DNA of 64,000 nucleotides, taken from contig CM082597.2 of the NCBI GenBank assembly GCA_040954595.2, forward strand, positions 7,403,849-7,467,848, in the 5' to 3' direction. The position numbers and the translations under genes are program-made. The notes under the pieces are model-generated. The model ran no database searches. It saw only the letters and a list, made by a program, of their open reading frames with translations, and was not told the DNA's origin. This document shows positions 1 to 21,500 of this stretch, piece after piece. The stretch is from Balanoglossus misakiensis (Eukaryota; Animalia; Hemichordata). Every line of letters begins with the position of its first letter. Position 1 is the first letter of the stretch.

Positions 1-342
1 ACGTAGTAACAATATCAATATCTGCATTGTGTGGTTGTAAATGGATTAGCCACCTACTGAAAATCTGTGATTGACTAGTATCGAATTAAAACCTAGAGCT
101 ATTAATATCCAATCAGAGACAATTAAAGAAAGGAATATAGCATGTGTGATCCAGTGAAATTAATAGAACAATGAATAATGGAATGGACTTCGAATGAACA
201 GTGGAGAACTTCAAATGTTATTTCTTTGATTTATTTTAGAACTCTTATGTGACAATTGAAAATGTATAATATAAATTATATTATATCATGGTACCGTCCA
301 CAATTCTGATTGGACGAGAGCTCAATCCAGCGATGCTAAAAT

Positions 343-1168
343 TAAGCAATAAAACACCCCCAGCCATGGTATACGGCAAGATTTTGACCAGTTCACGACA
401 TATACGCACGAGCGATATATGCGTATATGGAGTTGAACTGGTCAAAATCTCGTGGTATACCATGGCTGGGGTGTTTTATTGCTATTATAATATGCCAGTA
501 TATTGAAACTTTGCATAAAACATTTAAAAAAAGGCATTTTCTTTGACTATGATATATGAATGTGGTATATGACGAATATATCACGGTCACGTGTCGTGTC
601 TCGACCAATAAAATAGCGTGATTTACACCATCAATATACTGGTATAATGTAATACTCAATAAGGCACTGCTGGCAGTGGTAAAACGGCCCCTGAACTAGC
701 ATACGGCAGCAAAAATGTGCGCATAAACCACAGTCGCGCGTGTTTAAACCAAATAAATAAAACAAAAATACTGTTGAATTAACGGACGTTTTATTTTGGA
801 ACTGCTCTGTAGAAATATTTGTCACTTTGCCACGCGCGATGCCCGTCTTGTCACTTTTGTCGTCTGCTTCATGTTTAATGCTCGATTCCGGCTGGATCCC
901 GGCCGCTCGTGTTTACATTCATCGTCGCCATGTTGGTACACGATCGTAATTTCTCTTTCTGACGCCGTTTCGGTAAGAAAATGACACTGATATGCCACAA
1001 AAACAATTGTTGATATAATATAATAGCAATAAAACACCCCAGCCATGGTATACCACGAGATTTTGACCAGTTCAACTCCATATACGCACTCGCTATCGCT
1101 CGTGCGTATATGTCGTGAATTGGTCAAAATCTCGTGGTATACCATGGCTGGGGGTAATTTATTGCTTA
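343..1168. mobile_element. Composite non-autonomous repeat bounded by two ~145-bp hairpins in inverted orientation
   Basis: 343-488 (taagcaataaaacacccccagccatggtata...tataccatggctggggtgttttattgcta) and 1022-1168 are each self-complementary and are near reverse complements of one another. Confidence 0.7.
495..648. mobile_element. Short MITE-like repeat (~155 bp), second copy at ~41798-41957
   Basis: Termini ccagtatattga...tcaatatactgg are inverted repeats; a near-identical internal sequence recurs at 41800-41957. Confidence 0.7.
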
Positions 1169-1441
1169 AATAATGTTATGTAAGCCTGAGCTAAAAAAGA
1201 GAATGGCATGAGAGACGACAACACGACGTCTGTAATAAAGCCTGTCGGTGAATTATTCAAGTCAACTACCCATTGTCTGTCTTTGGCTACTAAAGGCTTT
1301 ACGATCCTAGGACGATAGCTCAACTGAGTGAATCCCCGGGTGAATCGATCGTGACAAGTTGTTAACGGACTAGCAACATGTAACGATTTTCATCTGTCCA
1401 CTCGATAATCCGTCAAGCATTGACATTCTCAGAACGGTTAC

Positions 1442-1773
1442 AGCGCCTAGCTCGTCTCACACGCATGCGCGTAACTTCCCTTCACAAGAGTTTTCCCTGT
1501 GCAAATGTTCAGCAAATTTTCCGTTCGATGCATTCAAATAGTGGACTGCCTCCGATTTCTTCCACATTTCATGCGCACCGTATAAGTAGATTCTGGTTTT
1601 GCCCCTCCTTTTCACCCAAGCTGGTGTCTTTTCACGATCTCCGACACAGATTATGGTCGCCGCCATCTTCTATGTTGTTAGGACAGAGCACTGCCTTATG
1701 AGATTGACTGTTCACTAAACGGCTGTAACCAGCGGCTACAGTTGGAACATGCGTGTGAGACGAGCTACGCGCT
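1442..1773. mobile_element. MITE family B (TTAA-flanked, Kolobok-like)
   Basis: TIRs agcgcctagctcgtctcacacgcatg / catgcgtgtgagacgagctacgcgct followed by ttaa; related copies at 9471-9572 and 42851-43128. Confidence 0.75.
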
Positions 1774-1988
1774 TTAAGCGATTTTAACTTTTGGGACGAG
1801 GAGACTGGCCTTGACGACGGCGCCTGATCTCATAGGCATTATTTCACTACTTTGCTTTGAGATTCTGTTCCTGTGTGGTTCAAAGATCAATTGGATTATC
1901 GTCCCATTACCAATGCCCCACTGGCTTTGTCCACAATAAGTGGGCGATCACGCGAACTTTGACCTTTGTTCACGAACGGTTAATAATA

Positions 1989-4759
1989 ATGGCGTCCACA
2001 CGGACGGTGACATTGGGTGTCGTGGCACTGGCCCTGGCGGTTTACGTTGCTGTGCAAACGGTGGAAATTTACGTTGATATCGAAATATTCATAGAAGAGG
2101 ACAGACATCGGGTGTTTGAGGTGTTCAAACAACCGGGGAAAATGTTGGAGTTTCATAAACACAGGCAAGTCAAATTGTTAATAGGAAACAGCGTTTGAGG
2201 GCGACGAACTTTATAGCTGCATCACATGTACCAAGGACAGTACACACATTTGCTCAACAGGGGTTACAAAAACATACATGTATAATCTTGGTTTAGCCAC
2301 TGTAGTGGGAAAAAGAGAATACAACATGTCATAAAAATGTCATGAAACGCGGTACAGTCAGAGACCCCTCCCCCCTGCCCACCCCGTGGTTCTGCACACC
2401 CTACTACACGCGTGTTTAGGGCAACCGACTGACACAGTACAACTATAAACAACAGCCAAACAGTTATTCCTTATCACATATTCAAGGTATTGAACTTGTG
2501 TTATTGGCATGTGTTTGTGAGGAGGTGTGTCGGTCCACACACTTGGTGGTTTATTTCATAGATATGGCGGTATCACAGACTACGTAGAAATACATTTATA
2601 AAACTTCATATAAGGCTGCATTCACAAACACCTCTGGAGGGGGGGGGGGCAGGAGAATTCGATTTTTTACCGTAAATTTTCACATGCCCCCCCCCGTACA
2701 CAACCCGAAATATTATCAAATCCCCCCCTTCCGAACTGCGAAAATTTTGAAATCCCCCCGTTTTCTTTCACCTATCTATTTTGTTAAAAATATAAACAGC
2801 GCTCCCATGAAAAGAATTTGAAACTGATGTTTTCCCTAATCAGTGGGTATTAAAACTAAACATTGTTTATATTTTTAAGTCTTTGTATTCTGTGTTGGCA
2901 GACATTTTAAGCCGAGAAGTGAAGGGGTGGGTTTGGGAGGTGGTGTCCCCCTCCCACGTAAGAAAATTTAATAAAATACAGAGCTCAAAGGTGCATTTTA
3001 ATGAACCCAAAAGCAAATTAACTCAACTACCGGTGTGTTGGGGAGCACAAATTTAACCTTCGCCGCTCAAAGTTAGCTTGAGGTGGTGGGGGGGGGGGGC
3101 AACTCCCCTGACCTGGGACACTAGATAAACCAGTCAATGATTGAAAGGTGTTGATGAATGACGGGGGTGGGTGTGGGAGGGGGTCTCCCCCTCTCACATT
3201 AGAAAAAATTGGATTATGAAGGGTTCATTTTTGTAGACTCAAAATAAATATTTAGTCCTCAAAGTTTTCAAGTCCCCCCTTTCAGTCCCTAAATTATTTC
3301 AAATCCCCCCTTATATACCCTCAATTTTTTTCAAACCCCCCTTCAATTCTCCCCCCCCCTCCAGAGGTGTTCGTGAATGCAGCCTAAACAGTATATTCGT
3401 AGAGCTACTGGGCCCAAGTAGGTAAAACGACATCATTAGGTTTTCCCCACAATCCCCAGTTCATCATGTGAAACACTTGTTAATTTGTACATGCATTTGT
3501 TTAGGATGGAAGTTACAACCGATATTGAAGAAACCATTGTTAATGGACAGGTCGTGAGACGAATGACCTTCCTGCAAGATGTGGATATACCTATAGTTGG
3601 AACGCGAAGAATTGTCACTGAAGGCGAATTTATCACAACGAAGTATGAACCTTTATTTTTTCAACTATTTCAACAGTTTGGGAAAGTTTGTCGTGTTAGA
3701 GGGATAATACAGTTTGACTGAACAACAGTTCAACCACAAAAAAGTAACCAGTTTACCATTAGAACGTGTTTGAGGCGAAAATTACTTTACAAATTCTATG
3801 TCAGAATTTACAACAGTGGCAATAGCATTTTGAACAAATTGGTGCGAACTCTGATGTCTTGTCCTGTCAAAATTTCAACAGCTCTACAGAAAGTCGATGT
3901 ATAAATTATAATGCTTTTAGTGCAAGTACAGCGGATTGTCTTTTTACTGCTTTTTGACTGACTTTTTATCTTTTTTCTTTTATTTTGTTTTTATTATAAT
4001 TGTTGTTTGTGTCTGTTTGTCTTGTATTGTTTTTTTTTTTTTTTTTTTTCTGTCAATGCCGTATGCCTGTTTACATTTTTAGCTGTTCTATGGGACGTAC
4101 TTTAAATCCTGATTTAAATAATAAATAAAAAAATATATATAAATAGGACAATACGTCATTTTCTTAAAGAGGGCATCCTTCCAAGTTGACGCGAAAACGA
4201 GGCCAGTAAGCCACGGAGTGAAAACGTTATTGTCTTCTATATCGTCGCTTTAGTTAGGAAAGACGTTCGACACGTCAGCCATATTATATTGTAAGGTAAT
4301 TTTTATTTTTACACGCCAATTATATCATGTACATGTATAGAACAAACCAGACGAGCTCGTTTAGCACTCTTTGGCTTACTGGCCTCGTTTTCGCATCTCA
4401 TGCTTGGAGATAACGCCATGTTTTCGAAGGGCGCCCTCTTTATAAAAATGCGTATTAGTGGAGGATGGGAAACAAGAGAACAGCATCCACGACTTGTATC
4501 AACCTTAAACACTCTCTTCATTTTTCATTCAAGGCAAGAGTTACTTTGGAATACGACGCTGGATGGCAGGAACCATGTTAAAGGCCGATTCACCTTCTTA
4601 GACCATGAAGTCGACGGCATTCGCGGAACCCTGGTGCGAGACACCTTTCAAGCCGAGGTCCTCTACTTCCTACAGTGGCATGCATCACGCATAGCCCATG
4701 AGGCGCACATCGTGTTGCTCTCTAACATGAAGGACCACATTCAGGGCAAAGGACAATGA
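1989..4759 (+). CDS. SRPBCC/START-like (Bet v1/polyketide cyclase-like fold) protein with N-terminal signal or anchor, 3 exons, ~179 aa
   Basis: Exons 1989-2164, 3505-3642 and 4534-4759 join in frame (540 nt): MASTRTVTLGVVALALAVYVAVQTVEIYVDIEIFIEEDRHRVFEVFKQPGKMLEFHKHR-MEVTTDIEE...GTLVRDTFQAEV...HEAHIVLLSNMKDHIQGKGQ*. Intron 1 has donor AG|GCAAGT; AATAAA at 4807-4812. The fold call rests on the beta-strand / 'VFEVF..P' / C-terminal long helix pattern. Confidence 0.7.
2614..3384. mobile_element. PIF/Harbinger-like MITE in intron 1
   Basis: ~35-bp TIRs ggctgcattcacaaacacctctggagggggg / ccccccctccagaggtgttcgtgaatgcagcc, flanked by TAA on both sides (3-bp TSD). Confidence 0.8.
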
Positions 4760-4836
4760 GACCATTCCTGGACTGTTTTCGGAAATTACTCTGTTGTATC
4801 ACAAGAAATAAAACTGTACTTCTGATAATATATTGA

Positions 4837-5194
4837 AGGGACAAAGTCTCTTTCGCTGCCCCTTTTCCATTAATTATGTTTGATATAAGACACCGTTTAT
4901 GTTAATGTACATGAGGATATGCAGTGAATCAACGTTCGACCACACACAACTTCCACCCACCTTGACGACACGAGAGTAACAAAACTCACCAAAATGAATA
5001 ATTGGTCTGTACCATTTATTCATTTTGGGCGAGTATTTACGTTCCTATCCTACAAACAGGATGGAAGTTATGTGTGGTCGAACGTTGATTCACTATAGCT
5101 TTACATGTATATCCACATGTAGAATGACATAAACGGTGTCATGTATCAAACATAATTAATGGAAAAAGTGCAGCGAGAGAGAGACTTTGTCCCT
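4837..5194. mobile_element. MITE family A (~350-bp near-palindrome, Kolobok-like), copy 1
   Basis: agggacaaagtctc...gagactttgtccct|ttaa; arms are complementary over most of the length; five copies in the window. Confidence 0.8.
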
Positions 5195-5754
5195 TTAAAC
5201 ACAGAAAAGTGAGCCTTGGATGTATATGATTGTAACAGATTTGTGTTTGATTGTCACAGATGTGTCTGCTTTAAGTTGAAATGAATGCACTGAAATATTT
5301 CCGACTCGGATTCGTACCCTGGCGTACGTATTCGACATGGAATTGATATTGTGCTGTCATGCTGCAGGACTGGTGCTCTCTTCACTCTATATGAGATTTC
5401 CCACTTTTAAAGTTGCTCTTTGTTCGTATACCGCGACGTTAATAAAGAACTGATCATAGTGTTTTATTTAAATCGCGGGATTCGAATTAGTAACTCGGAC
5501 TTGAACCTGATTCCAAGTTGATTTCGAATGAAACTGGAGGCTAATTAAATAAATGAAACGTTGAGCTAGCTTGTTTCCAGTTTCCGAAACAGATTCACTT
5601 GGTTTCGCATTCGAATCGCGCGACCAAAGTAGTCTACTGCATCATTGGTAATTGACAACCGTACTAATGTCGATGTAAAGTGAATTCTTAAAATATAATA
5701 TAAAAGTTAGAGACTGTAGTATCTGACGATCAATGATAGATCCAACATTGAATT

Positions 5755-6752
5755 AGAGAATAATGAACGCCCGAAAGACCCATAATGGACGAAAGCACAC
5801 ATTGTGCGTCATAATATACGAGGCGAAGCCGAGTATATTATGGAGCACAATGTGTGCTTGAGTCCATTATGGGTCTTTGGGGCGTTCATTATTCTCATTA
5901 TTTTATAGTTTTGTCAATGCCAGTGAATTTGCAGACTTCAAAAAGTATAGGTGCAAACAATTCAGACTCGGACACGGAGATCGAGAACAGAGCAATGGCG
6001 TACGCGTAAACAAAAGGTCACCTGATCGTGGTGTGTCAGTGTACTGTACATTTCTAGTATCATATTCAAACATCAGCAAATAAATAATGAAGGTTTATTT
6101 ACGCATGTGAAAATTGATTTAAGGGTTCTGCTGAAATATATCTGAAAAAGTTTCGATTTTTGTGTAATCTTGGGGAGGACTCGGGGAATACTTGAATTCG
6201 TTTGCGATCTCAGGAAAGTTCACGTATACGGGCGCTCGGAGGGTTGCAATACATAAACAAACTCGCCCTCGATCGACCCTCCGTACCGCGTAGACAACAT
6301 GACAGTGACACTTGCGGCATATTTTGTTTACGTATAGCTTCGTTGACATGACTGCTTGGTACATGGTACACGGTATGTATGGTGAACGAATGTCAAATCC
6401 AGCATCATCGAGAGGTTTGCTTTACGTGCGTGAGCGAGTCATGTTGACTGCGCGTGATTCAAGAGCAGACGACATGTACTGCAGCCGTAGGAAGAAAAAA
6501 TAAACAAAACGCCAGTCGGGGACAGATTTGGAAATTAATAAATATCGCCGTATTTATTCTGTGTACGTTTGCGTTTCTTTTTTAGCCCTTAAAATGTTCG
6601 CATTGTTTGAAATCCTCCGTTATTCAGTCGGAAATTGTACACGTCCACTGGTTCTTGGGCGCGTCGCGCGTCCATCGAATAACACGATACATTATCAGTA
6701 ATAATGTATAGCTATGACGTCACAAAATTCACTGGTATTGATAAAGCTATAA
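5755..6752. mobile_element. Hairpin-headed non-autonomous element (possibly Crypton-like)
   Basis: ~145-bp hairpin at 5756-5897 with a central gaggcgaagccgag loop, then inverted repeats tatagttttgtcaatgccagtgaattt (~5904-5930) / aaattcactggtattgataaagctata (~6725-6750). Confidence 0.55.
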
Positions 6753-8054
6753 TATAAAGTACAATAACACCAGTGCTGTCGTCTGTGTGGGTCACAGGGA
6801 GCATAAAACAGTTCTGTGCGAATTATTAAGCCACTGAGAATATGACATTTCAAATCAATAAAGCGATCGCAAAATAAAATACGAATGATCCATTTGAAAT
6901 TAAAGCAGTAGATTCTGACCAGTGAAGTAATACTGGCAAATTATGTACAATTATTTGGACAGCCAAACCAATTTGCAAATAGAAGTTAATAAGCGTGACA
7001 TAACTTTACGACCAAAACCTTGATATCAGTGTAGGTTTCGTCAAATTTGGTGCAACGATAATTGTCACGGTGCACTGCACAGGAAACCTTTATAAAACCC
7101 AGTCTTTCAAAATTTCATATAATGCAAACCACATGGCCATCAAACCCACTGAGTTCTTGACGCGGCAAAAAAAAAAAAAAAATAAAAAAACGGGCAGGCA
7201 GACAGGGAGACCTCCACGGGAAAATAGAGACAGGAATAAGTATAGCATTAGCTCCCGTGTTGTACACGGGAGCTATCAAGGGCACACCGCGTCGTTTCAA
7301 TGAATCTAGAACATCGTCCATTTGCCGTGAGAAATGACACGAAGAGTACAAATAAGTTCGACGATAAACAGGTGCAAGCGTATAGATATACTTAGTATCT
7401 CCACTAACTGGCCCGTAAAATCGATAAGACCTACATGTTTATGACGTCGTCTCTAAAGTTTAAATTATGTTAGTGTATGCATAAGCTTGTATCGTTTAAA
7501 GTCTTATGTTTCAAAATGTAAATTATGAAATTATGCACCCCCGCCCGATAATACTGTTTACATGCTGGTGTCACGTGGTTATGTTCACTCTCTTCATATT
7601 GACAGTCTTTCACATGTACCAGTTTCGGCCAAGTGGTTTAACATCTTATTATATCAAGCTTTTGAAAGTGTTCAGAACAATCACCCATGAAATGTAAATG
7701 TACTGTCAGTGCAATAAAGAACAGCGCCTATATCTTGTTCGCTTGTTACATTCCTTCCTTCCCATGAAGACAAAATCAACCTGGATCAGACGGTACGTTT
7801 ACACACAAATAGTACTGTGGAATTAAATCGCAAATTATAGTCAATGCTTTTATTATATGCATTAGCGAAAATAAATATCGAAAAAAAATTTTCACGAGAA
7901 GTCATAAAGTCTTTATTTCAACTCAATTGGTGAGCCCTTGCAACCAAATAAACCGAACACACCCTCAGAGTGCGTACTTGTGTTTATAATTTGCATATCC
8001 AACTTGATAAAAAGTGATCAACACATCAAAGTCTACCGCAGTCATTGATGCAAG

Positions 8055-16604
<8,550 letters not shown>

Positions 16605-16961
16605 GTGTGGTCAATCTCTACTGGATACACAGTTCTTAGTGAAAATGTTGACGGAATGTACTATCCTCGCTTCAAAAAACTGTACATTATGAGATGTCAT
16701 TTGAATGATTTGAAATAAATTATAGGTATTGTAATCAAGTTCTTTAGTGTCCCTAGTCTACTTTTACAACATATGAATGCATAACAAAACGTTGACTTAT
16801 AAAAGGTGATACGGGAATGTAAGTACGATGTTTTTTTTTTAGTCAACTATCCAAAACAAAACGAAAGACAAATAAAGTGTGATGACATTAAAAAAATGGG
16901 TTCTGTTTTCTTTACAGTTTATCAGCAGTATCTTTTCACTTTCCTTTACATTACAATCAAC

Positions 16962-17200
16962 CGCGTGTCCCAGCTTCCCCCGGCGGGACCTCGCTCAAAT
17001 CCCCGCCGAGTTAGAAAGGGAAAGCGCCGTGTCGATGTCCGTTAAGCAGGTGCGGTACATAACGCATGCAGACTGGAGGAGGGGCGGCTGGCGTGCTGCG
17101 TGTCCGAGGTTCCCCTGGCGGGACCTCGCTCAAATCCCCACCGAGTTAGATTGGGACCTTTAAGCAGGCGTGGTATATAACGCATGGGGCTAGGAGAAGG
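16962..17200. repeat. GC-rich direct repeat, 2 diverged units ~135 bp apart
   Basis: ggcgggacctcgctcaaatcccc(g/a)ccgagttaga...taagcagg...ataacgcatg occurs at ~16982 and ~17117. Confidence 0.75.
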
Positions 17201-18585
17201 ACGTGTGAATAACCAATACACCTACGCCGTAATGTCGAGTGACCTCGATTACCTTTGACCTTAATATAATATAAATGAGAATTAATACATAACTATAAGA
17301 GTACAGACTTCATATGTGATGGGATGAAGCACACACATGTACATGTTACCCCTTGAAATTTGTCCCACATTAATTATGCGCATATCTAATTCTGCGCAAT
17401 GGTGCTGATTTTTAGCTACGATGATGATTTTTAGGTACCGATCATTCAATTCTGTCCAATTACGGAGAGAGACAATCTGTAGACCCAAATCATCGGCTGT
17501 ACAGATGTTAGTTAGAATGTTTTTTTTCTGAGTGGTAATCTGGTATGTTGTGTAACGCCTTGATTGCCCCTTGCTCCAACTCCTATATATGGCCTCTGTA
17601 AAAGAATTGACGTCCCAACAGATATCAAACAATTCTCCTACGTTTTAATTGGTCGTTCTCTCTACATCTATACTGGTGTAGCACTGATTCAGAAATTACT
17701 GGGGACGATACAGCAATATTCCTTTTGGGAATATTTTCATGTCGGCGCCTGTTCCATCGCAAGCCAAAATTCATTCTATGCCATCACAAAGAGCTTCGTC
17801 GTGATAAAGAGGGCATTTTGTCAATAGACCTGACCTACATTGGTGGCCTGTTCTATCTTCTATTTGTGAAGATTCGTATGATATTTTAACGGGAATAAAT
17901 AATCTAGCGAAAAGCAGACAGATGATTGCAATTGGTTAATCAGCTTCCTACCTGCCACACTGACAGCTATCATCAAATTTATTTTTATGGGGTGGAGATT
18001 CAGCAAACTCTTCGTCACTCTATATTTGATATCTTTAACTTAAACAATCATCTGCAACCGTCCTCAATCATATCACATCACGGCATGTGTTAAGGTCCCA
18101 CAGTGCAAGCCTTCCACCCATTCCTAATTCAATCGGCAGCGCTTGTATTAGAGACATTCAACAGTCTGTGCGATTAGACCCCTTTATAATTCGGTCCCAA
18201 TAATTTACTTTGCAGCGCGCCAAAACTACACGAACAGGAAATGTTCAAATTACTTTAAAGCGAATTTCTACAAATTATAATGTTATTCAAGTTCTTTCCC
18301 GAACTTTGTTAAACAGTGTTTGAGCTATTTCGATCTTTTTCTGAACCTTAGAAGCCTTATCGCCTTCTATCAGTTGGCTAGACAAGAGTTGGGTTGATAA
18401 AATATAAAACAAATTCGTTATCTCATCTTTTTTATGCACAAGAGATACTGTAAACGAATTCATTGTCGACGCTCCTCTCGACCTTTTATTGACCTACATG
18501 TATATTTCACGACAACGCTGACCCATTAAGGATTGTTTTTCCATCGGAGAGCACTCTAACACGGGAGAGTTTCAAGCTTGGTGAT

Positions 18586-21500
18586 ATGACGCGTTTTGTA
18601 GTGGTCATTGTGTTCGCGTCGCTGGTTGCTGGTTTTGTCAACGGCCAGTGCCCATACTGGTGGTGTGAGCCAGTAGAGGACCCTCCACCATTGGGTGAGT
18701 ACTTGATTCTAGTGGTTTGAATCCAATAAGAACCAATACCTACGTACCTGGCTAGGCAAGTCATGACGTCTGGTGATATCAGCTGCAGCTCATAGAGCAC
18801 CTGTCCTCAACTGATTCGTCGCCCATCATATTCACACGTCGCTAATAGTGCACAATATTGGCCGACCGACGATGACGGACCAATAGTTCTTAGCTCATAA
18901 ACACACTGAGAAGTATAACGGCATATACTCTTTATAGCTTGGTTTTAATAATTCATAGCCATCAAAATGAAGACTGCATTTTCCGTTAGAAATAGAGCGT
19001 GTTATCTGTTTTTATTGTTGTTTGTTTGCTTGTTTTTTGTCTGCATGTCTGTCTGTCTGTCGGTCGGTATGTCTGTTGGTCAACCGTTTTGTCTCCTATA
19101 GCAACAGTGAGCGTGGGGTCTACATCTGAAAACACAAATTGACAGTTTCAGTCAGAATCGATGTTATTTTTGTCGGTTTATTTAGTTCTTAAAGCTCCAT
19201 TAGCTGTTACCTTTTACTGTTTCCATTTTTGTTTGTATTGTGTATCTACTGCAGTTTCCAGTTCAGTTTCCTAAAATATGAAACGCCCAGCATATGGCTT
19301 ATCAAAACAACATATTTGTATACATGTAGTCAGCATTTTTTTGCAAAATTTGAATTCAAGTCCGGACTAGAATAAATTTGCCAAAACCATAATACAGACA
19401 TAGTGGGTATGTTGACAAGTACTGGGTATATATGCATGGAGTACAACAAGAAATTTAGTATACCAGGACAAAAATGCCGAATATATAGCCATTTAGTTAC
19501 AGCTACATGTAATGTCCTTTCAAGGAATGTGATCTAACTGTATTTGTGAGAACAATCCATCGAATCATGATCGCGCTGAGAATTACTGTTCAGGTCGTTC
19601 TTCCAGACAATTCAAACCAATGAATTATTCCCACTACGTATTTAAGTCATTACTTTCCTAGGCTAATAAGTGGTATTTTGCCATGACGTGTCTGCTTATT
19701 CCATTCAGAGGGGTATGGCGCTGCTAAGGACCAGATATCGGTCAGTGGAGTTTCATCCGGGGCATATATGGCCATACAGATGCACGTTGCATACTCTGCC
19801 AGCGTGATGGGATCTGGTGTCATTGCCGGCGGTGAGTGGAATTTAGCTAGTAGGTCTTATAAGGTCTGATTGATTTGTTTTTATAGTTTTTGTACATATC
19901 ACAAGAACGCCATATTACAATCTTCTTGAAATGGGTATCTTTACTTTCCCACATCCTTTATTATCATTTTAATTATCTGAGAAGGATGAAATGTTGCTTA
20001 GACCTTATCATCTCGAAAGGGATGACATCACACCATACTAGAACTGTCCGAATATTGCATAAAGTGATGGTGATCGTGTTGGTGATGATGTGGAGGCCAA
20101 GCTGGCAAAGTCAAGACAAAAATCAACACTCTTGATTCATGATTATGTCACTACTTTTTTTCTATTCAACAACTACTTTTTCTTGTGTTTCTCACTAGAA
20201 CTAAGTGCCAAGTAAAGGGCTTCTCAACGAAGAATGTAGACTTGTAATGTGCCATGTTAGTGTCGATAGTTGTATTTTAGTGTGGACTGAAATTCAGATG
20301 TCAACAATAACATCGCGCGCTTGGCAAGGCATATACATGTATTGACTGTGGTGACAAGCTGAGGCGTAGCATATCAACATGATGTAGGGAGTAGAACGAG
20401 AAACTGAAGGTGACACAGACCAAAATACAAAAAAATATTATGAGCAGTTACTACTGTGCCTTTAATCTCATGTGTTTTTGCAGGTCCATACCACTGTGCC
20501 AAAGGCACCGTTGGTGCAGCGTTACAGGATTGTATGAATTCTCCAAATGTCATAAATGTCCAGGAATTAGTCGACTACACTAACAACAAGGCAATAAGTG
20601 GAGAGATTGATCCAGTGTCCAACTATGCCAATGGCAAAAGTTATCTCTTCTCTGGATCCCAAGATACAACTGTCGATCCTGGTAAGTTTTTGAAAACTAA
20701 TAAACAGCTAGGGATTTCGAGGTAGGATAGGTAGATATTTAAAGACTGGATATTTCTTAACGCCCTTTCTAAATATTTTCATTCGCTCCTTCGGTTCATG
20801 CACACGGTTGGCACTTTCGGCCATGGGATCCTGTATTTGTTTCATGGGTTCTTCTAATGGAAATAAGATTATAAATTAATTAAACACCTGAATAGAAAAA
20901 TAATGATGTCAGATGTCAAGTGTGTAGGTTGAAATGAATATTTGATAAAGGTAAGACTGGTAATGGAAACTACTCTACGATGAAACAAGCCATAGTCCCA
21001 GTTACATTAATGGATTAAGAAAACATTGAAGCAGACCATATTGGATTGAAACTAATGCAATTATGGCTCTGAGAATATTTCTGAATAAATGCTAGCCTGA
21101 TACACTGGCGCCTATCATAAAACAATCGGCAGTCATATTGAACATATCATATCGCAATAAGGATTGTCGTGATCTATTGACGATGTAGAATGAAAGATTT
21201 TAAGTAGTGTGCGGGCGCTGAGGCGCATCGCCTATGAGGTCGTAAGCACGCTAGATCGCCCGCAAACGACTGAATATATCACTCTAATGATAATGCATCT
21301 ATACGCTAGTATCCGTTTGGAGTTTAAAACCCTATTTCCTATTTCCAAAATGCAGGTGTTATGTTGAAATGTGAAGATTATACCAGGAATTTTATGACAG
21401 ATCCCGCCATCGGTACAGATTATACCGTGCCTGCAGGTCATGCAATGGTAAGTCATGTGTCCTTCTGGCGGACAATGCTGCTGGCCGTCGCATGTTGACG

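Noticed and set aside
281-1145. Several 60-107 aa ORFs at the window start
   Set aside because: They derive from palindromic repeat arms and recur on both strands; no protein motifs.
16806-17163. GC-rich ORFs between the depolymerases
   Set aside because: Explained by a two-unit direct repeat; no splice or motif support, and no tRNA or other RNA gene structure recognised.
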